Of a DNA stretch of 64,000 bases, positions 18,820 to 29,484 are shown one piece after another. Numbering within the stretch: the stretch's first letter is position 1; every line of letters begins with the position of its first letter. Both the position numbers and the translations under genes were made by a program. This DNA is from an uncultured delta proteobacterium (GTDB taxonomy: Bacteria; Myxococcota_A; UBA9160; UBA4427), in assembly GCA_963822965.1 (NCBI GenBank), contig CAWGJT010000010.1:672001-736000 (forward strand), in the 5' to 3' direction. A model generated the notes under the pieces. It made no database searches. It saw only the letters and a program-made list of their open reading frames with translations, and was not told the DNA's origin.

Positions 18820-19692
18820 TCACTCGAGCTCGAACGGTCCCTTGCCGAGCTGCTCGCGGATGGGCACGAACTCGGGCATCAGCATGGCGCGCCGCTGCCA
18901 GTTGGCGCCGTCCACCACCAGGGTGTGGCCGCTGATGTAGGAGGCGTAGGGCGACGCCAGGAACGTGGCGGCCCAGCCGAGCTCGTGCGGGTAGCCCACG
19001 CGCATGGCGGGGGAGCGGGCTCCGTCGTTCTTGCGTCGCTCGGGCACCGAGCGGATGGCCTGCACCTCGTCATCATGGGGGAAGAGACCGGGCACCAGGG
19101 CGTTCACCCGGATGCCGTACGGGCCCCACTCGACGGCCAGGGTCTCGGTGAGGTTCTTGACGCCGGCCTTGCCGGCCGCGGAATGGGCGAAGCCGGGACC
19201 GCCGGTCCAGGCGTAGGCCGCGCCGATGTTGATGATGCTGCCGGGCGCGCCGACCGCGATGTGTCGCCGGCCGAACTCGCGGGAGCAGTAGAACGTGCCG
19301 TTCAGCACGATGTCCACCACCGTGCGCCAGGCGTTCGGGCTCATGTCCTCGGCGGGTACGGGGAAGTTGCCCGCCGCGTTGTTGACGAGCACCGCCGGCA
19401 GGCCGAGCTGCCTCTCCACGGCGGCGAAGGCCTCGGCGACCTGGTCGGGCTGGCGCACGTCGCAGGCGATCCCCACCCCGCTGGATCCGACGGCTTCGAT
19501 GGCCGCCACGCCGGCCTCGCGATGCTCGGGCTTCCGGGACAGGACGGCGATGCGGGCGCCCAGGCGCGCGAACTCGACGGCCATCGCCTTGCCGAGCCCG
19601 GTTCCGCCGCCGGTGACGACGACGGTCTGTCCTTCGAAGGTTCCCGCCGGCAGGGCGGAGGCGCCCAGCGCCGGGGGCTCGGGAAGACCCAT
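18820..19692 (-). CDS. SDR, 2,4-dienoyl-CoA reductase-like
   Basis: TGGGTGLG, NNAAGNFPVPAEDMSPNAW, HSAAGKAG, LAVEWG. Confidence 0.85.
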   Translation of the reverse strand: MGLPEPPALGASALPAGTFEGQTVVVTGGGTGLGKAMAVEFARLGARIAVLSRKPEHREAGVAAIEAVGSSGVGIACDVRQPDQVAEAFAAVERQLGLPAVLVNNAAGNFPVPAEDMSPNAWRTVVDIVLNGTFYCSREFGRRHIAVGAPGSIINIGAAYAWTGGPGFAHSAAGKAGVKNLTETLAVEWGPYGIRVNALVPGLFPHDDEVQAIRSVPERRKNDGARSPAMRVGYPHELGWAATFLASPYASYISGHTLVVDGANWQRRAMLMPEFVPIREQLGKGPFELE

Positions 19693-19865
19693 GTGGATGA
19701 TCGCTCCTCGTTCCGTTCACCGGCTCGTCGCCGGGTCGGCGTCCGCTCGCCCGGATCCTCCGGCTCGCGCGCCTCCGATTCGCTCGGTCGTGGCCCCGGT
19801 GGCGGGGCCGGCCATGATAGCTTCTGGGGGCGCGGTGCGAGGCCCGGCCGGCGTCAGGAGAAGCG

Positions 19866-20645
19866 ATGAGCGAGCTCGTCACCCTCGAGTACGACGGACC
19901 GGTCGCCGTGCTCAGCAACAACCGACCCGAGAAGCACAACGCCGCGAACGACGCCATGGACCGCCGGCTCTTCGCGTGCCTGGAGGAGCTGCGCGAGCGT
20001 CGAGACGTGCGGGCCGTCGTGTGGCGGGGCAACGGCAAGTCCTTCTCCTCGGGCCGGGACACCTCGGAGCTGGGCGTCCGCAGCGAGGACATCACCGACT
20101 TCGAGTTCATCGAGCGTGGCCACGCGGGAACACGCGGCTTCTTCTCGTTGCCGTGCCCGATGCTGGCGGCCCTCAAGGGCTGGGTGATCGGCGGGTCCTT
20201 CGAGCGCGCCCTGCTCTGCGACCTGCGGATCGCTGCCGAGAGCACCCGCATGATGTTGCCCGAGATCGGTCATGGCGTGGTTCCCGACTCGGGCGGCACG
20301 GCGCGTCTCTTCCAGATGGCGGGGCACGGTCTGGTGGCGGAGCTGGCGCTCACGGGCCGGCCCATGGACGCCCAGGAGGCCCTGCGCCACGGCGTGGTCT
20401 CGCGGGTGGTCCCGGACGCCGAGCTCGACGAGACGGCCCTCGAGATCGCCCACACCATCGCGAAGGCACCGCCCTTCGCGGTGAAGATGTTCCGGCGCAC
20501 CCTCGACCGGCTGGCGACCCCTCTGGTGGAGCGCTCGATGCAGGAGGAGGCCGTCGCGCAGTCGCTGGTCTTCGCGTCCGAGGACTACGCCGAGACGAAG
20601 CGGGCGCGCGCCGAGGGGCGCCCGCCGGTCTACCGGGGGCGGTGA
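19866..20645 (+). CDS. Enoyl-CoA hydratase/isomerase family protein
   Basis: NNRPEKHNA, SFSSGRD, GWVIGGSFE, LPEIGHGVVPDSGG. Confidence 0.88.
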   Translation: MSELVTLEYDGPVAVLSNNRPEKHNAANDAMDRRLFACLEELRERRDVRAVVWRGNGKSFSSGRDTSELGVRSEDITDFEFIERGHAGTRGFFSLPCPMLAALKGWVIGGSFERALLCDLRIAAESTRMMLPEIGHGVVPDSGGTARLFQMAGHGLVAELALTGRPMDAQEALRHGVVSRVVPDAELDETALEIAHTIAKAPPFAVKMFRRTLDRLATPLVERSMQEEAVAQSLVFASEDYAETKRARAEGRPPVYRGR

Positions 20646-20648
20646 GGC

Positions 20649-21485
20649 ATGTCGGACACCCAGCAATCGGTGGACACCCGACGGCTCGTCGAGACTGGGA
20701 GCGACACGCTCCTGTGCCGGGTGGAGGACCGGGTGGCGGTGCTCACCCTGAACCGGCCCGAGTCGCGCAACGCCCTCTCGATGGAGCTCAAGGAGGCTCT
20801 CCAGCGCGCCATCGATGTCCTCGGGTGCGACGACGGCGTCGGCTGTCTGCTGCTCACCGGTGCCGGTCCGGCCTTCTGCTCGGGAGGCGACACCAAGTCG
20901 ATGGCCGCCCAGGGACGGCCGCCCTCCATGGAGGATCGCCAGAAGCAGCTGCGCTGGGAGCACCGGCTGCCGGCGAAGATCCACGCGCTGCCGAAGCCCG
21001 TGGTGGCGGCGCTGCCCGGGGCGGCCGCGGGGGCGGGCTTCTCCCTGGCTCTCGCCTGCGATCTCCGCATCGCCGCCGAGAGTGCCTTCCTGATGACCTC
21101 GTTCTCGCGGCTCGGTCTCTCCGGCGACTACGGCGGCAGCTGGTTCCTCACGCAGCTCGTGGGGACGGCCCGGGCCCGGGAGCTGTACTTCACCAACCGC
21201 CGGGTGCCGGCGGCGGAGTGCCTGGCCCTCGGCCTGGTGAACCGCGTCGTGCCCGACGCGGAGCTGCCCGCCGAGGCGTTCGCCCTGTGCCGGGAGATCG
21301 CGGCGGGGCCGCCGGTCGCGCATCGCTTCATGAAGGCCAATCTGAACCGCGCCCAGCACGGCGACCTGCAGACCTGCCTCGACTACGAGGCGGATCGCAT
21401 GGTGCGCGGCGCCATGACCGAAGACTACCAGGAGGCGGTCGCCGCCTTCGCCGAGAAGCGGCCGCCGGCGTTCCGGGGACGCTGA
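20649..21485 (+). CDS. Enoyl-CoA hydratase/isomerase family protein (PaaG-like)
   Basis: LNRPESRNAL, AFCSGGD, GAAAGAG, GLSGDYGGSW. Confidence 0.88.
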   Translation: MSDTQQSVDTRRLVETGSDTLLCRVEDRVAVLTLNRPESRNALSMELKEALQRAIDVLGCDDGVGCLLLTGAGPAFCSGGDTKSMAAQGRPPSMEDRQKQLRWEHRLPAKIHALPKPVVAALPGAAAGAGFSLALACDLRIAAESAFLMTSFSRLGLSGDYGGSWFLTQLVGTARARELYFTNRRVPAAECLALGLVNRVVPDAELPAEAFALCREIAAGPPVAHRFMKANLNRAQHGDLQTCLDYEADRMVRGAMTEDYQEAVAAFAEKRPPAFRGR

Positions 21486-21512
21486 CCGGCTCACCCGCGA
21501 TCCGGAGGTGTC

Positions 21513-22583
21513 GTGTCCGATCTCGTCGCGCTTCCCGCCCAGCCCCGGGACACGCCGTGGCCCACCGTCGCCTGGCCGGAGGGCGCGCCCCGGGCGGAAG
21601 TGGACCGCGCCGCCCTGGACGGGCTGCTCGACCACGCCCTCGCCCAGCCCGCGGATCTCGGCCAGACGAACGCGGTGGTGGTCGTGCACGGCGGGCGGAT
21701 CGTGGCCGAGCGCTACGCGGACGACGTCGAGCCCGCCACCCCGCACATCTCGTGGTCGATGGCGAAGAGCATCCTGCACGCCGCCGTGGGGCTCCTCGTG
21801 GGCGACGGTCGCCTCACACTCGACGCTCCGAGCGGCCTTCCCTACTGGAGCGATCCGGGCGATCCGCGCCGGGCCATCACGCTGGATCAGCTGCTCGAGA
21901 TGCGGAGCGGCCTGCGCTTCCGCGAGGACTACGTCGACGACCAACAGTCGGACGTGATCGAGATGCTCTTCCAGAGCGGCAAGAACGACGTGGCGCGCTT
22001 CGCGGCGGGCTCTCCCCTGGAGCACCCGCCGGGATCGTTCTTCAGCTATTCGAGCGGCACCAGCAACCTGGTCTCGGCGATGGTCTCCGGCGTGCTGGGA
22101 GCCGGCGAGCCCGTGGAGCGCTTCCTGCGCGAGCGACTCTTCGAGCCCGTCGGGATGGCGAGCCCGAGCCTGCGCTTCGACGAGGCCGGGACCTGGATCG
22201 CGTCGTCGTTCGTCTTCGCCACGGCGCGGGACTTTGCGCGCTTCGGGCTCCTCTACCTGCGGGACGGGATGTGGCAGGGCCGGCGTCTACTGCCGCCGGG
22301 CTGGGTCGACCGGGCGCGCCGGCTGACCGCGCCGGCCGACCGCGAGACCTTCGCGTACGGCGCCCACTGGTGGGTGGTGCCGGGAAGCCTCGGGGTCTTC
22401 CAGGCCCAGGGCTACAACGGCCAACGCATCACCGTCGTGCCCGGGCTCGACCTCGTGGTGGTGCGGCTCGGCGTGACGCCCGCCGACCTCGCGCGCCATC
22501 TCAACACCTGGATGAAGGGGGTGGTGGACGCCTTCCGGCCGGCGAAACGGGAGCCGCAGGCGTCCGGCGCGGACGTGGCGTAA
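21513..22583 (+). CDS. Serine hydrolase, beta-lactamase / NylB-like
   Basis: SWSMAKS, LLEMRSGL, FSYSSG, ARDFARFGLLYL, GYNGQ. Confidence 0.85.
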   Translation: MSDLVALPAQPRDTPWPTVAWPEGAPRAEVDRAALDGLLDHALAQPADLGQTNAVVVVHGGRIVAERYADDVEPATPHISWSMAKSILHAAVGLLVGDGRLTLDAPSGLPYWSDPGDPRRAITLDQLLEMRSGLRFREDYVDDQQSDVIEMLFQSGKNDVARFAAGSPLEHPPGSFFSYSSGTSNLVSAMVSGVLGAGEPVERFLRERLFEPVGMASPSLRFDEAGTWIASSFVFATARDFARFGLLYLRDGMWQGRRLLPPGWVDRARRLTAPADRETFAYGAHWWVVPGSLGVFQAQGYNGQRITVVPGLDLVVVRLGVTPADLARHLNTWMKGVVDAFRPAKREPQASGADVA

Positions 22584-22609
22584 CGTCCCGCACGTCGACA
22601 CCGGAGGGC

Positions 22610-23389
22610 GTGACTACGGTGCAAGCGGCGCGAGACCAGGACGGCGCTCCCCTCGACCGGGCCGACGGGACCCCGCGGCCCGTCGGGCGGCCGCGTTGGA
22701 TCGAGGCGATCGAGCTCGCTGCGATCGTGGCCTTCGCGCTCGCGTGGGGTGCGGTGTTGCTGCGGCTGGTCTCGGTGACGCCGCCGCTGCGCTGGCTCTG
22801 GCTGCTGCCCGTCGCCGGGCTTGCAGGTGTCGTGGCGGCGGACCTCGCCAGCGGTCTGGTGCACTGGTTCGCGGACACCTACTTCGACCCGCGCACCCCG
22901 GTGGTGGGGCCGCTGCTGATCGAGCCGTTCCGCGAGCACCACCGGGATCCCGAGGGCATCGCGCACCACGGCTTCCTGGAGCTCTCGGGGAACAATGCCC
23001 TGGTCACCCTGCCGCTGGCCGGGGCGCTGCTCTGGGCGGGCGAGCCGGGCGACGAGCTACCGGGACAGGTGCTGCACGCGTTCGTGGCAACCCTGGCGCT
23101 GGCGCTCTTCAGCACGAACCTGTTCCACGCCTGGGCCCATCACCCGGATCCGCCGCGGCTGGCCCAGGGCCTGCAGCGGGCCCGCCTGGTGCTGCCGCCC
23201 GCGGTGCACGCGCGCCATCACCGAGGCGATCACGACGCGAGCTACTGCGTGACCGGGGGCTGGCTCAATCCGCTGCTCGATCGGCTGCGGCTCTTCGCAC
23301 GGCTGGAGCGCGGCCTGGCTCGCGTCGGCATCGGCCGGCAGGGAGCCGGCGCCCGGGTCAGGGCGCGCGCTCGCGCAGGCGCGCCGTGA
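22610..23389 (+). CDS. carF: CarF/TMEM189-family lipid desaturase (plasmanylethanolamine desaturase-like)
   Basis: C-terminal end of the 19295..23389 frame; GTG after GGAGGG; ADLASGLVHWFADT, FREHH, NLFHAWAH, HARHH, YCVTGGWLNPLLD. Confidence 0.8.
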   Translation: MTTVQAARDQDGAPLDRADGTPRPVGRPRWIEAIELAAIVAFALAWGAVLLRLVSVTPPLRWLWLLPVAGLAGVVAADLASGLVHWFADTYFDPRTPVVGPLLIEPFREHHRDPEGIAHHGFLELSGNNALVTLPLAGALLWAGEPGDELPGQVLHAFVATLALALFSTNLFHAWAHHPDPPRLAQGLQRARLVLPPAVHARHHRGDHDASYCVTGGWLNPLLDRLRLFARLERGLARVGIGRQGAGARVRARARAGAP

Positions 23390-24471
23390 TCTCCGCCAGG
23401 ATCGAGACGGCGATCTCGGCGGGAGAGCGCGCGCCGATGTCCAGCCCGACCGGGCCGTGGATGCGCGCGAGCGCGGCGGGCTCGAGCCCCAGCGCCCCGA
23501 GCCGCTCGAGGCGGCGGGTCTGGGTCCGTCGGCTGCCCAGGCTGCCCACGTAGAACGCGGGGGAGCGGAGCGCCACGGCCAGGGCCGGGTCGTCCAGCTT
23601 CGGATCGTGGGTCAGGGTGACGACGGCGGTGCGCGTGTCCAGCGCGAGCTTCATCAGCGCCTCGTCGGGCCAATCGTCCACGCGCAAGGTCTCGGGAAAG
23701 CGAGCCGCGCTGGCGAAGGCGCCGCGCGGGTCGACGACCGTCACCTCGTAGCCGACCTCCCGCGCCATGCGCGAGAGCGGCTGGGCGATGTGGACGGCCC
23801 CGACGATCACCAGGCGAAGCGGCGGGTTGAAGGGCTGCAGGAAGAGCGGCCCGGCGTCCCGCTCCAGCAGGCGGGGCGCGTCGTCGCGCAGCACCCGACG
23901 CACGGCGTCCGCGAGCGCGGCCTCTTCCGAGGGCGCACTCCCGGCCTCTTCTCCGGCCTCTTCTCCGGCCTCTTCTCCGGCCTCTTCTCCTGTCTCTTCT
24001 CCGGGGGGGCGCGTCGCGTGCAGGACCTCGCGGCGGGCCGATCCCAGATCGACCGCCAGCACGGCGGGACGCTTGTCGGTGCGCGCGGCCTGCAGGCGCG
24101 GCAGCCATTCGCCGCCGTCCCGCCCACCCGCGCCGACCACGCGATCGACGAGCACCTGGATGCTGCCGCCGCAGGCGAGGCCCACCTCCCAGGCGCTGCT
24201 CGTCGCTGACGCCGAACTCGAGCAGCTCGTGGCGGCCGGATTCGATCACGCCGCCCGCCGCCTCGACGACCGCGCCCTCCACGCAGCCCCCGGAGACCGA
24301 GCCCACCATGTCGCCGCCCTCGTCCACCGCCAGCAGGCTTCCCGCCGGACGCGGTGACGAGCCCCACGTGGCGATGACGGTGGCGAGCGCGACGCCGCGA
24401 CCCGCGTCGCGCCAGGCCACGACCTGGTCGAGCACGTCGAGGGTGAAGAAGGGCGTTGCGGGGGCGCTCAT
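23358..24471 (-). CDS. xdhC: XdhC/CoxI family molybdoenzyme accessory protein, +1 frameshift near 24196
   Basis: TWGSSPRPAGS, GSVSGGCVEG, then after one extra base AWEVGLACGG; GAVHIA, LTHDPKLDD, YVGSLGS, GPVGLDIGA. Confidence 0.85.
23941..24004 (-). repeat. In-frame 12-bp tandem repeat (GEEA/GEET x5) in the XdhC linker
   Basis: Plus strand CCGGCCTCTTCT x4 + CCTGTCTCTTCT. Confidence 0.9.
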
Positions 24472-24598
24472 CGACGCGGCAGGGTAACCCAGGCGATGGC
24501 CCGCGCGGCGCGGGCGAGGGCGCGCATCTGCGCTACCTCTCCGCCAGCCCCAGCGAGGCGCAGCCGGTGCGTGTCGAGGGAGCGTGGAGGGACGGCGG

Positions 24599-26045
24599 AT
24601 GGCGGCCGGCGGGGCCCGCGACGTGCGGGAGATCGAGCGCTTCGACGACGAGGTGGACGTCCTCGTGGTGGGCCTGGGCGCCGCCGGGGCGGCCACGGCG
24701 CTCGAGGCGGCGCGGGCGGGCGCCGAGACCTGGGTGGTGGAGCGGGCCAGCGGCGGCGGCGGCACGTCCGCCATGTCGGGCGGCGTGATCTACCTGGGCG
24801 GCGGGACGCCCATCCAGAAGGCGTGCGGGTTCGAGGACTCCCCCGACGAGATGTTCAAGTACCTGGTGGCCTGCGTGGGCGACGCGCCCGACGAGGACAA
24901 GATCCGGCTCTACTGCGACGAGAGCGTCGCGCACTTCCACTGGATCGCCGAGCAGGGCGTTCCCTTCAAGGAGAGCTTCTACTACGGCACCAGCGGCGAG
25001 CCGCCCACGGACGACGGCCTGGTGTGGTCGGGCTCCGAGCGGGTCCATCCCTTCAACGAGATCGCCGTTCCCGCGCCGCGCGGGCACCTGCCCCGGGGCG
25101 AGAACGCCGTGGGTCACCTGCTGATGCGTCACCTGGTGGCGGCCGTCGAGGCCAGTCCCGCTGCGATCCACAACGACACCCTGTGCACCCGCCTCGTGCT
25201 CGACCCGGACGGCGCGGTGGCCGGCGCCGTGCTGCGCAGCTTCGGCGAGGAGCGCAGCGTCCGCGTCCGCCGGGGCGTGGTGCTCACCACCGGTGGCTTC
25301 ATCAACGACCGCGAGATGATCCGCAAGCACTGCCCGCGCGTCGCCCGCTGCAAGGTGCGGATCGGCACCGAGGGCGACGACGGCAGCGGCGTGCGGCTCG
25401 GGGTGAGCGCCGGCGCCAACACCATCCACATGGACGCGGCCTCGATCTCGTTGCCGGTCACCGAGCCCTGGAGCCTCAAGCGCGGCGTTCTGGTCAACGC
25501 CCGCGGCCAGCGCTTCATCAACGAGGACGCCTACTACGGGCGGCTCGGGGAGCACGCGCTCTTCCACAACGACGGTCACGCGTGGCTCGTCGTGGACGAC
25601 GGCGTCTTCTGCCAGCCGAGCTATCCGCGCGACATCGCGGCCGTGGGCGAGAGCCCGGCCGAGCTCGAGCACGAGCTCGGGCTGCCCTCCGGCAGTCTCG
25701 AAGCCACGCTCGCGCTCTACAACCGCCACGCGGCGGAAGGGCGACGACCCGCTGTTCCACAAGCTCCCCGAGTACGTGACGCCCCTGGTGACGCCGCCCT
25801 TCGGCGCCTTCGACTGCACGACGGAGGGCTCGCTGTACGCGGCCTTCACCCTGGGCGGGCTGGAGACCGACGTGGACGGGCGGGTCCTCGACCCCGCCGG
25901 CGCGGCGATCCCCGGGCTCTACGGGGCCGGACGCGCCACCTCGGGCATCTCGGTCGGCGGCTACAGCAGCGGTCTCTCCCTGGGCGACGGCACCTTCTTC
26001 GGCCGCCGCGCCGGTCGCGCCGCCGCGCAGCGGCGCGAGAGCTGA
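24599..26045 (+). CDS. FAD-dependent oxidoreductase, 3-ketosteroid dehydrogenase / flavocytochrome c flavin-subunit family, +1 frameshift near 25740
   Basis: VVGLGAAG, GGTSAMSGGVIYLGGGT, LVNARGQRFINED; removing one G gives GDDPLFHK...FTLGGL...IPGLYGAG...YSSGLSLGDGTFFGRRAG. Confidence 0.8.
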
Positions 26046-26134
26046 TCGACGGATTCGCCCGCCGGGCAGCTGCCTCCGGCCTGGCAGGCGGCCCGGAGCG
26101 ATCGGCCGTGCGCAGGATACCTTCGGATCCTCGT

Positions 26135-27704
26135 TCAGGGGCGCATGGTGTAGCGGCGGGGGCCGGGGTGCCCGGTCACGTGGGCGGCGAGCTGGTGCTC
26201 CACCTCGTCCAGCCAGTCGCAGAGGCGCGGTCGCGTGTGGCGCGGGTCGATGAGATCGTGCACGCCGAACTCCTCGGCGCGCGGGAAGATCGACTGGGCG
26301 GCGGCCATCTCGTCTTCCAGCTCGCGCCGCCGGGCTTCCGGGTCGGCGGCCTGCTCGATCTCGGCGCGGTAGGCGAGAGCGACGCCGCCCTCGACGGGCA
26401 GGGCGCCGCTCTCCGCGGACGGCCAGGCGACGACGGTGCTCGCCGGCCCCAGGTGGATGCCCTGGGCCACGCCGAAGGCCTTGCGGAGAACCACCGCGAA
26501 CCACGGCACCGTCGTCTGCAGCACCGCGAACATGGCCTCCATGCCGTGACGGATGGTGGCGGCGCGCTCCGCGGCCTCGCCGATCATGAAGCCCGGCTCG
26601 TCGACGAAGCTCACGATGGGCAGGTGGAAGCTGTCGCACGGTCTCGACGAAGCGGCGGATCTTCTGGGCGCCTTCGGCGGTCATGGCGCCGCCGTCGTGG
26701 TGGCAGTCGTTGGCCAGCACGCCGACCGAGTGCCCGTCGATGCGGGCCAGCCCGGTGACCTGGCTGCGGCCGAAGCCCGGGGTCATCTCGAAGAAGGAGC
26801 CCCGGTCGACCACCAGCTCGATCACCCGGCGGATCTTGTAGGCGCGGCGGCGGTTGCGCGGGATGATCTCGAGCAGCTCCGCCTCCTCGCGCGAGCGCGG
26901 GTCGCCCAGGTCGAAGACGGGCGGTGCCTCCCAGACGCTCGCGGGCAGGTACGACAGGAACTTCCGGGTCTGCCGCCAGACGTCCGCCTCGTCCTCGGCC
27001 ACGTTGTCGACGACGCCGCTGCGCCCGTGGACCCGTGCGCTGCCGAGATCCTCCTTGCTCGTCTTCTCGTGCAGCGCGCGCTCCACCAGGGCGGGCCCGC
27101 CCGTCAGCACCTGGGCGGTGTCCCGCGTCATGATCGACAGATGCGAGGCGACGAGACGGCCGGCGGGAAAGCCCGCGACGGGACCGAGAGCGGCGCAGAC
27201 CACCGGCACGTTGGCGAGGGTCTGCATGCACAGCAGGTTGAGCGACGCCGGGGCCGTCAAGTCGTAGCCCGAGCGCCCGCGGGTTCCGCTGGCGCCCGCG
27301 ATCGAGGCGCCGCCGGCCTCGAGGAGGCGCACCAGGGGGATCCGGCGGCGCACGGCCAGCTCGTCCGCGTAGAGGCCCTTCTTGAGCCCGACCGCCGAGT
27401 AGGCCGCGCCGCGGATGGTGAAGTCGTCGCCGCACACCACCACCCGGCGGCCGTCGACGCGCGCGGTTCCCACCACCACGTTCGCCGGGGTGAAGGAGGC
27501 CAGCCGGCCTTCCGCGTCGAGCTCGCCGGCGCCGGCGACGCCGCCGTGCTCCCGGAAGCTGTCCCGGTCGACCAGCGCGGCAATCCGCTCGCGGACGGTG
27601 CCGCGACCTCGCGCGTGCTGCCTGGCGACGGCTTCGCTGCCGCCGTGGAGCGCGGCGAACTCCCGGCGCCGTGCGATGGCGTCCGCCTCGGGCTTCCAGC
27701 TCAT
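26135..27704 (-). CDS. Acyl-CoA carboxylase carboxyltransferase (beta) subunit, +1 frameshift near 26640
   Basis: QHARGRGTVRERI, GDDFTIRG, TGLARIDG, RFVET[shift]CDSFHLPIVSFVDEPGFMIG, DLIDPRHTR. Confidence 0.85.
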
Positions 27705-27779
27705 GGCCGCGGACTCTATCACGGGATCCTGGGCGGCCGCGGGCCGGCCCGAGCGTGGCATGCCCTGCGGCTCCCTTGA

Positions 27780-28484
27780 CTAGGCCGCGGCGCGCCTGCG
27801 GCGAGTCGCCGCCACCCCCGCGAGCAGCGAGAGCCCCAGCAGCGTCGCGGTGCCAGGCTCGGGGACGGCCACCAGGTTGGCGGTGTGCTGGAAGTACCGC
27901 GCCTCGGCGCTGGGATCGCCCACGTCGAAGCTGAAGCCCGACTGTCCGAACGCCAGGCCGCAGGAGAGCCCGCCTCCGGAAGCCATACAGCTGCCCGTGA
28001 CCCGGGCGTCCACCAGGAAGGCGCTCGGCGTGCCGCCCACCGGCGTCATGCCGGCGAGCTGCGTCTGCGTGCCGGAGACCTGGGCGGTCTGGCCGGGGCC
28101 GACGATGTACGAGCCCCCCATGGCGATCAGCGAGAGCCCGGAAGCCTGGTAGTCGGTGTTCGTGAACACCACCTTCGAGACACCGTTGTCGCTGCCGCCT
28201 CCGACCGGCGTCAGGGCCAGCTCCAGCGCGCTCAGCGAGAACGAGAGCGTGAGGGCGCCGGAGTCGAGGTCGAGGGTCCCGACGACCGTCGCCACCGGGT
28301 CGCCCGACGGATCGAGCTCGAGGGTCTGGCTGCTGCCGCAGGCGACGGTCGAGCAGCCGAGGGCCTGGTCGAAGCCGCCTCCGGAGATGCCGAGAGCCTG
28401 GGCTTCGAGCGAGACGAAGCAGGGCAGGGTGCAAGCGAGCAGAGCACGAGCAGCAACGAGAGCGCTGGACCGATGGAACCGCAT
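27780..28484 (-). CDS. PEP-CTERM sorting-domain surface protein
   Basis: ATG after GGGGAGG; signal peptide; C-terminal VPEPGTATLLGLSLLAGVAATRRRR. Confidence 0.88.
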   Translation of the reverse strand: MRFHRSSALVAARALLACTLPCFVSLEAQALGISGGGFDQALGCSTVACGSSQTLELDPSGDPVATVVGTLDLDSGALTLSFSLSALELALTPVGGGSDNGVSKVVFTNTDYQASGLSLIAMGGSYIVGPGQTAQVSGTQTQLAGMTPVGGTPSAFLVDARVTGSCMASGGGLSCGLAFGQSGFSFDVGDPSAEARYFQHTANLVAVPEPGTATLLGLSLLAGVAATRRRRAAA

Positions 28485-28544
28485 CTTTCCTCCCCACACC
28501 CCCTTCCCAAGGAGTCGAGGAGACCGCAACGCGCGTTCAGGTCC

Positions 28545-29273
28545 TCACGTGGTGTACCGCCGGAGCGACGTGGAACGACTCGCCGAGACCACCGTCATGC
28601 CGATCGCGAAGAGCAGCGCGGCGGTGGGCTCCGGAACGGGCGAGCCGGCGAAGACGAAGTCGGCCTTCAGGACGAGCGGAGACACCTCCTGACCGGCGAT
28701 CTGGAGCTCGGCCAGGGTGATCCCCGAGAGGCTGAGCTCCTGGAGCTCGGGCGTGATGAAGAGCGAGCCGCTGCCGGGCCCGCTGCCGGAGATCGGGGCC
28801 GAGACGAGCTCCGTCGAGCCGCTTCCGCTCACCACCAGCTCGACGTCGAGGGGGTCGACCAGGAAGAAGTACTCGGCCGACGGCGGAGCGGGCGTCAGCG
28901 GCACCAGCAGGCCCGAGCTTCCGGAGATGGACAGGCTCTCGAGGGTCACCTCGCTGAAGCCGAGATAGGCGGGAGAGAACGCGATCGAGATGGGGCCGGT
29001 TGCCGTGAGCTCGATCGACGTGAGCTCGGGGGCGTCCTCGTCCACCGTTACCTGCAGCCCGTCGAGGGCCGCGGTCACCGGATCGGTGATGATCACGCCG
29101 CCCACCGAGGCGGTGAGCGTCACGAAGCCGGAGGAGAAGTCGTACCGGATGGGCGCGGCGAGCGACGGGCTCGCGAGAGCCAGGGAGAGCAGCGCCGCAC
29201 AGGCCGCAAGGCGAACGGCGCGGAGCTTCGAGCGAGTCGGAGAGGAGAGCAGCGGGAGCCTGGGAGCGGTCAT
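28545..29273 (-). CDS. PEP-CTERM sorting-domain surface protein
   Basis: Signal peptide ending SLA-APIRY; C-terminal VPEPTAALLFAIGMTVVSASRSTSLRR. Confidence 0.85.
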   Translation of the reverse strand: MTAPRLPLLSSPTRSKLRAVRLAACAALLSLALASPSLAAPIRYDFSSGFVTLTASVGGVIITDPVTAALDGLQVTVDEDAPELTSIELTATGPISIAFSPAYLGFSEVTLESLSISGSSGLLVPLTPAPPSAEYFFLVDPLDVELVVSGSGSTELVSAPISGSGPGSGSLFITPELQELSLSGITLAELQIAGQEVSPLVLKADFVFAGSPVPEPTAALLFAIGMTVVSASRSTSLRRYTT

Positions 29274-29441
29274 TCAGCGGACACCTTTGAGAAGGACTCG
29301 GAGTAGAGACCGAGAGAAACTCGAGACGGGGCTTGCGGGACGGTTCTGGACCGGACGCGCGCACCGTCGAACAGATCACCAGAGCAGCGGACACCCTGCG
29401 GCGCCCGACCCCCCTTCCCAGGTGTCGTCGAGAACTCTCGC

Positions 29442-29471
29442 ATCATACACCCATAGGTGCCGATTGGTGAA
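29442..29471 (-). promoter_or_regulatory. Candidate sigma70-type promoter for the PEP-CTERM pair
   Basis: Minus strand TTCACC-18 nt-TATGAT, with an A/T tract upstream. Confidence 0.45.
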
Positions 29472-29484
29472 GCTCGGGATGCGC

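Noticed and set aside
19295..23389. 1364-aa ORF
   Set aside because: Off-frame read-through of real genes in GC-rich DNA; only the last ~260 codons (CarF) are protein-like
24185..24200. Natural two-gene XdhC split or programmed frameshift
   Set aside because: The break falls inside the conserved AWEVGLACGG motif, there is no slippery run, and deleting one base restores the gene
27755..27770. TGGCATGCCCTGC as a sigma54 promoter
   Set aside because: GG-to-GC spacing is 8 rather than 10, and it is on the wrong strand for nearby genes
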